From positions 1-52,362 of the forward strand of contig JAUWXM010000001.1 in assembly GCA_030616365.1 (NCBI GenBank): DNA of 52,362 nt, given 5' to 3'. The notes under the pieces are model-generated. The model had not been told where the DNA came from. It made no database searches and saw nothing but the letters and a program-made list of their open reading frames with translations. Positions 7,205-14,143 of the stretch are shown in pieces. The DNA is from a bacterium (GTDB taxonomy: Bacteria > UBP18 > UBA7526). Both the position numbers and the translations under genes were made by a program. Within the stretch, counting starts at the first letter, position 1. The number at the start of each line of letters is the position of its first letter.

Positions 7205-9049
7205 TTGAAGAAGATTTCTCTATTCAAGACCTTAGGTAAGGCCAAGGCGGTCCTTGGCCTGGACGTCGGAACCAGTTCCCTAAAGGCCATTCTATTGAAG
7301 GTGACCAAGGAGGAGGTGGAACTGGCCAACGTTGGGATGGTGGAGCTTCACCTTGATCCTGCCATAGAAGATAAGGAGAAGAGGGCCAAGGTCATTGAGG
7401 GAATAAAGAAATTACTGGAAGAGAATGAGATAAAGACCAGGGAGGTGGTCATCGCGGTCCCCGGCCAGTCAGTGATCATAAGACACCTGAAACTCCCTGC
7501 CGGAGCCCGGGAGAGGATCGCTCAGGTGATTAAGTTCGAGGCCCAGAGCCAGATCCCCTTCCCCCTGGATAAGGTGGGCATGGACTATCAGGCTCTGCCC
7601 GGTAAGGAGGGGGAGGAGGTAAAGGTCATCCTGGCCGCCATGAAGCAGGAACTCATCGATGACCGTCTGGCTCTGGTTGAGGAGGCGGAGCTTAGATGTG
7701 AGGCCATGGACATCTCCTCCCTGGCTCTCTACAATGCCTTGAGGTTCAAGAGGCCCTCTAAGGAAGCAGAGGTGGTGGCCCTCATTGATATCGGGGCAAC
7801 GACCACAGACATCAGCATCCAACGGGATGGGATGCTGGAGTTCACCAGGAGCGCACCGGTAGCCGGGAATGATTTAACCGAGACCATTCAGACCAAGCTC
7901 GGGGTATCCTTTAGTGAGGCGGAGAGGTTGAAGAGGGAGGAAGGGGATGCTCTCTTTGAAATGCTTGAAAGACCTCCCGAAGTTCCTCCGTCTCCAGAGA
8001 AACCACCTGAAAAGCCACCAGAAATTCCTCCGTCTCCAGAGAAACCACCTGAAAAGCCGCCAGAAATTCCTCCGGTACCAGAGAAACCACCCGAGATACC
8101 CCCTGCTCCTGAAAAGCCACCAGAGACCCCTCCCGCTCTCAACCCCACCTCCCAGGTAGCCAGCGCCCTCTCTCCCATACTGGAGAACCTATTCGCTGAG
8201 ATTCGACGCTCCCTGAACTACTATAGGAGCCAGCCAGGGGGGGCGGAGATTACCAAGGTCATTCTCTCTGGAGGGAGCGCCCGACTCAAGAACTTGGAGA
8301 AATTCCTATCCCAGAGGCTAAGGGTTCCGGTTGAGATTGCCGATCCCCTCTCCCAGATTAAGTATGATCCCACTACCTTCAAACTGGAGGAGATACTGCC
8401 CTCCCTTAGCGTGGTCGTGGGATTGGCCTTGCGTGCCATCGAACTGGGCGAGATAAGGATAAGCCTCCTTCCCCAGATTGTAAGGGAGAGGGTACTCATC
8501 CGGGCCAGGAGGAGGAACCTTATGATTGCTGCTGGTCTGGGAGCGACGATTATTTTCCTCATTGGCCTGCTCTTCTTACAGAGGCTCCAGCAGAAAGAGA
8601 CCAGGTTGAACTATGTCGAAGCGGAACTGGAGAAGGTAAAGGAGATCGTTCCCAAGGTGAAGAAGCTCAAGAGAGAGAAGGCCGCGGCGGAGAAGAGAGA
8701 AAAGGTCATTACTGGGTTACTTACTGAGAAAGCCAGATGGCTCGATGTCCTTTTGGAGATGACCCGGGTCTTCCCTTCCTCTGTCTGGCTCAAGAGCCTC
8801 TCCCTGCCAGCAAAGGATAGCGCCAGCATCTCTGCCCAGGCGAGTTCTGTAGAGGCGGTCTCCAACCTCATGGTGAGGCTCAAGAGCTCGCCCTACTTTG
8901 AGGATCCAGATCTGGGGAGCATAACTACCTCTCCAGAAGGGGGAGTAAGCTTCCCCATGAGCTGGAAGATTAAGAAGGTAACGGAAAGGATTGAGAAGAA
9001 ACCTGCAACCGCAAAGGTCGCAAAAGAGGCCGCAAAGGTCGCAGAGTAA
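7205..9049 (+). CDS. PilM-PilN fusion protein with a proline-rich insertion
   Basis: N-terminal actin-like ATPase fold (LGLDVGTSSLKAILL, IDIGATTTDISI, ILSGGSARLKNLEKFL). After about 420 aa come the PilN signature ISLLPQ, a TM helix (LMIAAGLGATIIFLIGLLFL), a coiled coil and the PilN C-domain. TTG start. Confidence 0.8.
   Translation: MKKISLFKTLGKAKAVLGLDVGTSSLKAILLKVTKEEVELANVGMVELHLDPAIEDKEKRAKVIEGIKKLLEENEIKTREVVIAVPGQSVIIRHLKLPAGARERIAQVIKFEAQSQIPFPLDKVGMDYQALPGKEGEEVKVILAAMKQELIDDRLALVEEAELRCEAMDISSLALYNALRFKRPSKEAEVVALIDIGATTTDISIQRDGMLEFTRSAPVAGNDLTETIQTKLGVSFSEAERLKREEGDALFEMLERPPEVPPSPEKPPEKPPEIPPSPEKPPEKPPEIPPVPEKPPEIPPAPEKPPETPPALNPTSQVASALSPILENLFAEIRRSLNYYRSQPGGAEITKVILSGGSARLKNLEKFLSQRLRVPVEIADPLSQIKYDPTTFKLEEILPSLSVVVGLALRAIELGEIRISLLPQIVRERVLIRARRRNLMIAAGLGATIIFLIGLLFLQRLQQKETRLNYVEAELEKVKEIVPKVKKLKREKAAAEKREKVITGLLTEKARWLDVLLEMTRVFPSSVWLKSLSLPAKDSASISAQASSVEAVSNLMVRLKSSPYFEDPDLGSITTSPEGGVSFPMSWKIKKVTERIEKKPATAKVAKEAAKVAE
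7985..8134 (+). repeat. In-frame 42-nt tandem repeat encoding PPSPEKPPEKPPEI (2 near-identical units plus degenerate units)
   Basis: Units 7985-8026 and 8027-8068 differ at one position by eye. Degenerate continuation runs to about 8134. Confidence 0.85.
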
Positions 9050-9411
9050 AAGGCAGGCGGGCCCCGACGAGCGAGGAGCTGGGAATCGGGGTCTCCGCTT
9101 CGCTCCGAAAAGTGAGCAGGTGGGGAAAGGTATAGAAACTGGTTTAAGGGTATAGAAACTCGTATCGAGACTCATATCAAATAATATAACGCAATATCAA
9201 AAATCAAAATGCAAAAATTAAAATGACAATGCAAAATGTAAAATTTTGAATTTTAATCTGTAATTTTGATATTTAATTCTTAATGTTTGATTTTCTTAAA
9301 CGTTACGAGCATCGACAACGACAAACTTTTATTGACGATAAACGGTAGATTTGCAAAAGTTAAGTAATAATGTAAATTGCTCAATGTTCAATGTAGAGAG
9401 AGGAGTAGATT

Positions 9412-9957
9412 ATGAAGCTCAGTCCCCGGGATAGGAAATTGCTCATCTTTATGGGAGTGATTATTATCTTAGCCGCGGGCTACTATTTTTTATATATGAC
9501 CGAGGGGTCCCCGGCCGATAGGTGGAACGAGGTCAATGAGAAGTTAGCCAAGCAGGAGGCCCAGCTCAAGGAGGCCCGGGCAGCAGCCAGGATGGAGGAG
9601 AAGTTGGAGAGGGACTACCTCGAAGCCCAGACCAGGCTGAAGTTTGCCAAGGGAAGACTACCTGTGGAGGAGGAGGAAAGATTACCTCAACTATTAAAGG
9701 ACGTCTATAAGATGGGAAGGGATTCGGGAGTAACCATTTCTTCCTCCAGCCCTGGGACTCTCCAGGCAAAGGAATATTATAAGATTCGACCCATATCCTT
9801 GAACCTGACGTGCGATCTCCCTTCCCTGGTCAAGTTTCTTTATAAGATTGAGAAGTCGGAGCGGCTACTCGATGTTCAGAATATAAGCATATCATCTGAT
9901 GAAAAGGGAAACCTGAGCGTTACTCTTCACCTGGCCACCTTTGTCTATCTGGAATAA
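9412..9957 (+). CDS. PilO-like pilus assembly protein
   Basis: N-terminal TM (LLIFMGVIIILAAGYYFL), a coiled coil, and a C-terminal ferredoxin-like segment (LPSLVKFLYKIEKSERLLDVQNISIS). Sits after pilMN. SD gaggag. Confidence 0.7.
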   Translation: MKLSPRDRKLLIFMGVIIILAAGYYFLYMTEGSPADRWNEVNEKLAKQEAQLKEARAAARMEEKLERDYLEAQTRLKFAKGRLPVEEEERLPQLLKDVYKMGRDSGVTISSSSPGTLQAKEYYKIRPISLNLTCDLPSLVKFLYKIEKSERLLDVQNISISSDEKGNLSVTLHLATFVYLE

Positions 9958-10128
9958 TCAAACAGTTAGTTAGCAGTTAGCACGGCAACTCCGTTGCCTA
10001 TAGTTGGTTAGTAAAAGAATAAGAAAAACAAATTTTTCCATTAAAGACCTTCAACTAACAACTAAAGCGAGCGAAGTGAGCGTGCTAACCGACTAACAAA
10101 CTAACTATCTGAGCGGAGCGAGGAAAAA

Positions 10129-11106
10129 ATGGCAGTAGATATTAAAAAGGTCCTTACCAGTCTCAAGGAGAGAAAGGAGACCACGCTCGTCTGGGGATTG
10201 GGAGCGGTTGCCCTCTGCCTGGGAGTCTTTCTCTTTATCGGTTTTATGAGAGGGGTTTCTCCTCCAGCCAGCCTGGAGGCGATTATCAAAAGAACGAAAT
10301 CCCCGGAGAGTAGGGAAGAGATTGCAGAAAAGGTCGTCGCTAAACTCAAGGAGACCCAGAAGATACCCCCCTTCATTGATTATCAGGATATCCTGACCAG
10401 AAGCCTCTTTATCAAGTCACGAGTCGGAATAGGTATAGGGGAACCTGGAGAAGGAACGGGTGTCTTTGAACTGAAGGGGCTTATTGAGATACCAGATAAG
10501 GTCAAGGCCTTTATCAATGATCCTGCGGGCAAGCCCCATCTGGTAGGGAAGGGCCAGATGATCGGCACCACAGGAGTAAAAGTAGGCGCAATTGATTTCA
10601 AGAACCAGAGCGCTACTCTAATACATAAGGATTGGACGAAGCCCCGGGTCATCAGGATGGCCAGAGAAGAGATAGAGAAAGCGGGAGACATGATAACCTT
10701 CAAACCAAGCGAAAAGAAGAAAGCAGCAGAAAAACCGAAAGGGGTCACAGAAGAGGAGGCGAAGAAGGCCATAGCAGAGGCAAAAAAAGCGTTGAGCGAT
10801 GCAAGCGATGTTATTCTTACCGCCCGCTCGGAGGGAGGGGATACTGATGAGGCCGAAGACCGGCGGGATGATGCCAAGGTCAAACTTCAGGATGCTCAGG
10901 AGGCGATGAAGGAGAAGGATTACAAGAGGGCTAAGGAGTCGGCCAAGAGTGCTCAGGCTCTTGCCCGGGAGGCAAAGAGATTGGCTGGCGAGGCAGAAGA
11001 GGAAAAGGAGGAGGAAGAAAGAAGAGAAGAAGAGAGAAGAGAAGACGAAGAAGATGAAGAAGAGGAAGAGGAGCCCGAAGGGCCGGGAGAGGAGCCCGCC
11101 TTTTAA
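10129..11106 (+). CDS. PilP/GspC-like membrane-anchored protein with a long charged coiled-coil and poly-acidic tail
   Basis: TM helix LVWGLGAVALCLGVFLFIGF. Beta-rich core FELKGLIEIPDKVKAFINDPAGKPHLVGKGQMIGTTGVKVGAIDF resembles the PilP/GspC HR domain. The last ~45 residues (from about 10970) are dominated by E, R and D. Confidence 0.5.
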   Translation: MAVDIKKVLTSLKERKETTLVWGLGAVALCLGVFLFIGFMRGVSPPASLEAIIKRTKSPESREEIAEKVVAKLKETQKIPPFIDYQDILTRSLFIKSRVGIGIGEPGEGTGVFELKGLIEIPDKVKAFINDPAGKPHLVGKGQMIGTTGVKVGAIDFKNQSATLIHKDWTKPRVIRMAREEIEKAGDMITFKPSEKKKAAEKPKGVTEEEAKKAIAEAKKALSDASDVILTARSEGGDTDEAEDRRDDAKVKLQDAQEAMKEKDYKRAKESAKSAQALAREAKRLAGEAEEEKEEEERREEERREDEEDEEEEEEPEGPGEEPAF

Positions 11107-11131
11107 AATGAATATAAATAAGGAGAAATTA

Positions 11132-12379
11132 ATGAAAATGAAGAAGAGAATAGGATTAGTGGGAATTTTGTTTGCCATTTTGATTCTTCCTGTTCATAGT
11201 TGGGCAGGAAAGGAAGTAATAATATCCCCAGCAGCTCTGGATCATTTTGTCCTGGAGGGCCCGCAGAAGACCATTGCTGGGGAGGAATTTACCCTGGTCA
11301 TCACTGCTCAGGATGCCTTCGGCAATGTGATTATTGATTACTCCCTAAGTGGTAAGGGGATAGAGATCACCACCGATGGGGTGGGGAAGATCTCACCAAA
11401 TAAGGTGCTTCCCGCACAGTTTAAAGATGGCTGGGCAGAGATCCTGCTCACCTATGATAAGGCCCAGGATATTATTCTCACTTGTAGAGAGATTGAAGGG
11501 AGGGCTTTGGGAAAGAGCGAGAGGATTGCTGTCTTTCCTGCGGGATTAGACCACTTTGTCTTGACCGCACCAAAGGAGGCTATAGCTGGGGAGTCCTTTG
11601 ACCTATGGATCAGTGCTCAGGATACCTATCGGAATACCATTCCTGATTATACTACTTCAGGGAAGGGAGTAACCATTAGCGCTTCTGGGGAGGAAAAGAT
11701 ATCACCCAGTAAGGTGGCGGCCACTCAATTTATAAATGGTGTTGCCCGGGTAAGCCTCTCTTATAACAGGGCGGAGACCATTACCCTCTCTTGTAAGGAG
11801 GAGATGGGGGAGGCTAAAGGAGAGAGTTCCCTCTTAACCATAAAGCCCGCCTCTTTAGACCACTTCCTTCTTTCTACAGCACCTACGGCCACTGCGGGAA
11901 AGAAGTTCCAGGCCACAATTACTGCCTGCGACTCCTTTGGAAATATCGTTACTGACTATGGTCAGAAGGGAAAGGGGGTTTTGCTCTTGACCAGGGGAAA
12001 GGGCCATTTGAGTCCCTCTTCCATCCCCGCCTCCCAGTTCCAGGATGGAGTAGCAAAGATAGAACTGGCCTACGATAAAGCAGAGCCCATTACCATTGAA
12101 GTGAATGAGGCAACCCCGGTTAGTAAGGTACTTCCTCCGGAAGAGATCAAGCCCCGGGTAGTCCTACCAAAAGTAACCATTCTTGTCGCTGGAAAGAAAA
12201 TCCCGGTGGAGCGCATAGATAGCGCCAATGGCTGGGCCTATGTCAGGGATGAGATCAGGTATGTCAATATCAGAATAAGGGGAGATAAGGCCGATATCTG
12301 GAGGGAGGTTCCCAGGGGAAGGACCCCGGAGACCTATCAGGCCATCCAGAGACTCTTGAGGAAGAGAGGGATGGAATGA
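11132..12379 (+). CDS. Secreted protein with three 103-aa Ig-like repeats (function unknown)
   Basis: Signal peptide MKMKKRIGLVGILFAILILPVHSWA. P[AS][AGS]LDHF[VL]L repeat starts at 11228, 11537 and 11846, an exact 309-nt period. SD aaggag lies 6 nt before ATG 11132. The ORF-track extension to 10949 overlaps the acidic tail of the previous gene. Confidence 0.7.
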   Translation: MKMKKRIGLVGILFAILILPVHSWAGKEVIISPAALDHFVLEGPQKTIAGEEFTLVITAQDAFGNVIIDYSLSGKGIEITTDGVGKISPNKVLPAQFKDGWAEILLTYDKAQDIILTCREIEGRALGKSERIAVFPAGLDHFVLTAPKEAIAGESFDLWISAQDTYRNTIPDYTTSGKGVTISASGEEKISPSKVAATQFINGVARVSLSYNRAETITLSCKEEMGEAKGESSLLTIKPASLDHFLLSTAPTATAGKKFQATITACDSFGNIVTDYGQKGKGVLLLTRGKGHLSPSSIPASQFQDGVAKIELAYDKAEPITIEVNEATPVSKVLPPEEIKPRVVLPKVTILVAGKKIPVERIDSANGWAYVRDEIRYVNIRIRGDKADIWREVPRGRTPETYQAIQRLLRKRGME

Positions 12380-13587
12380 GAAGAGTAACTATTCTTTTCC
12401 TAATCATTACCTTTACTCTTCTTCTCGCCGTTTCTGCTTTTACCCTGACAAAGGAGGAGCAAGCCTGGAAGGAGGATATCCTCACCCTCCTCTCCCTGGT
12501 GAAAAGGCTTGGGGATTACTCAGAAGCGGTGGAACTCATCGAGGTTGCTCCAGCATTAAAAGGGGACCCGGAGATAAGAAAGGCATTTGTTACCTTTGCT
12601 CCTCCGGGAGCCACCCCTCCTGAATGGGCGAGAGAAGAAAAGGAGGCTCCTCCTGTCAAGATAGAGGTTCCGGAGAAGATTGCAATCGCAGAAGCGGCCC
12701 GTAAAGCTCTGGAAGAGCAACGGGCCAAGCAGAAGGAGAAAGAAAGACGCGAAATGAAGGAAGGGGAAGTAAAAGATTACTACCGGGTGGGGAAGAAATA
12801 TTATTGTGCCGCTGACTATCAAAAAGCAATAGGAGAGTTTGAGAAGGCCTTAAAAATCAATCCCCTTCATAAGAAGGCGAAGAAATATCTCATTAAAAGC
12901 TATTATGAAATGGGTGAAAAATTTTATAGGAATCAGGCCTACCGCCAGGCGAGTATCGAGTTTAAAGAAGTACTGGCTCTGGAGCCAGGACATAAGAAGG
13001 CCAAAGAGTTTTTAAGTAAATGTCAGGCTAAGGTGGGAGTAGAAGTGGTCAAGGAAATTCCTGAAGAGAAAAAAGTCGAGATTGTTAAAGGAGAACCGAA
13101 GATCGAAGCTCCCCGGGAGGCTGAAATAGTAACTGAAGGTCCTCCGGAGAAGATTGTAACCGCAGAAGCGCAAAAGGAAAAAGAAAGACGCGAAAGGGAA
13201 GAAGGAATTGAGGAAGAGTTAGGAATTATACCCACCCCCCTTCCCAAGGGAGCCAAGGTTATCTACTCTACGGATGTGGTGAGCGGGGTGAAGGCTGAGA
13301 TGGTTGGGGGGAAGATGAGGGTGACCATCGCCCTCTCTGGCGAGAGGGAGTATAAGGTATCCGAAAGAACTCGGCCACCGAGCATTGTCATTAATATTCC
13401 CCATACCATAAACGCTATCGCTCCCGAGACCATCCCAATAAATAAAGGATGCCTGAGAATGATTAAGGCCACTCAGCATAGGCATCTTCCTGTTGCTGAG
13501 GCAAGAATAACGGTCATCCTCAATCGTTGGACAGAGTACCGGGTAACCCACAGGAATAATGAGATATACATCGATTTTGAAGAATAG
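12376..13587 (+). CDS. Signal-anchored TPR protein with a C-terminal AMIN domain
   Basis: TPR pairs (YYRVGKKYYCAADYQKAIGEFEKALKINP; AYRQASIEFKEVLALEP). The C-terminal KMRVTIALSGEREYKV...SIVINIPHT...RITVILNRWTEYRV...NEIYIDFE matches the AMIN pattern. ATGA overlap upstream. Confidence 0.65.
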   Translation: MRRVTILFLIITFTLLLAVSAFTLTKEEQAWKEDILTLLSLVKRLGDYSEAVELIEVAPALKGDPEIRKAFVTFAPPGATPPEWAREEKEAPPVKIEVPEKIAIAEAARKALEEQRAKQKEKERREMKEGEVKDYYRVGKKYYCAADYQKAIGEFEKALKINPLHKKAKKYLIKSYYEMGEKFYRNQAYRQASIEFKEVLALEPGHKKAKEFLSKCQAKVGVEVVKEIPEEKKVEIVKGEPKIEAPREAEIVTEGPPEKIVTAEAQKEKERREREEGIEEELGIIPTPLPKGAKVIYSTDVVSGVKAEMVGGKMRVTIALSGEREYKVSERTRPPSIVINIPHTINAIAPETIPINKGCLRMIKATQHRHLPVAEARITVILNRWTEYRVTHRNNEIYIDFEE

Positions 13588-14143
13588 ACTCATACTCATC
13601 TTGAGTATGCTATTGCTGGCCACTTCCCTTTTGGCCCAGGATGAGGATGTTACCATTATTATTGGAGAGAGAAAGGCTCTCCAGGATGAGGGAGAGGAGG
13701 ATTTTCAGCTAATCCTCCAACCGGAAATAAATATTGAGCCGGAAATAAACATCGAGTGGAAAACAAATATCGAATCCCCCCAGTTAGAGATCTCAAAGGA
13801 AATAAATAATCAGAAATTTTTCTTATCTTTATTACAGGATAAGAACCCCTGGAACCGAGCAGAGGCAGCAAAAGCCCTGGGGGAGATAGGCAGCCAGGAG
13901 GCAGTCCCTTTTCTAGGTAAGATTTTGAAGAAGGATAAAAACCACTATGTGCGCTATAGGGTTGCCTGGGCCCTGGGAGAGATTGGAGGCAAGGAATCCC
14001 TCGTTACTTTAAAAAAAGCTCTTAAGAGGGAAAAGGATCGGCAGGTAAAGGAAATGATTGAAAAGGGTATAAAAAAGATAGAATCTGGCCCCTTTATCAG
14101 CCCCGAGGCACACTACCAGAATTTCTTAAGGAGGAAGAGATGA
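13559..14143 (+). CDS. Exported HEAT-repeat protein
   Basis: Signal peptide RLILILSMLLLATSLLAQ. Two PBS-lyase-type HEAT repeats (RAEAAKALGEIGSQEAVPFL; YRVAWALGEIGGKESLVTL). Overlaps both neighbours. Confidence 0.6.
   Translation: MRYTSILKNRLILILSMLLLATSLLAQDEDVTIIIGERKALQDEGEEDFQLILQPEINIEPEINIEWKTNIESPQLEISKEINNQKFFLSLLQDKNPWNRAEAAKALGEIGSQEAVPFLGKILKKDKNHYVRYRVAWALGEIGGKESLVTLKKALKREKDRQVKEMIEKGIKKIESGPFISPEAHYQNFLRRKR

Noticed and set aside
7888-8178. ORFs on both strands across the PEKPPE repeat (7888..8178 -, 7911..8120 -, 7947..8159 +)
   Set aside because: These are artefacts of the 42-nt tandem repeat keeping several frames open. The PilM frame is continuous through the region and resumes conserved PilM sequence afterwards.
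9050-9411. Degraded insertion sequence or prophage remnant in the large pilMN-pilO spacer
   Set aside because: There is no ORF remnant, no terminal inverted repeats and no target-site duplication that I could see. It is kept only as an unexplained repetitive spacer.
10949-11131. ORF-track N-terminal extensions (10949-11131, 33899-34126, 36643-36753, 26572-26631, 28938-28991, 51456-51524, 16306, 44812, 49347, 799, 20600)
   Set aside because: The extensions read through the preceding gene's 3' end or through intergenic repeat DNA. A downstream ATG/GTG with a good Shine-Dalgarno sequence and a sensible N-terminus (signal peptide or conserved motif) exists in each case.
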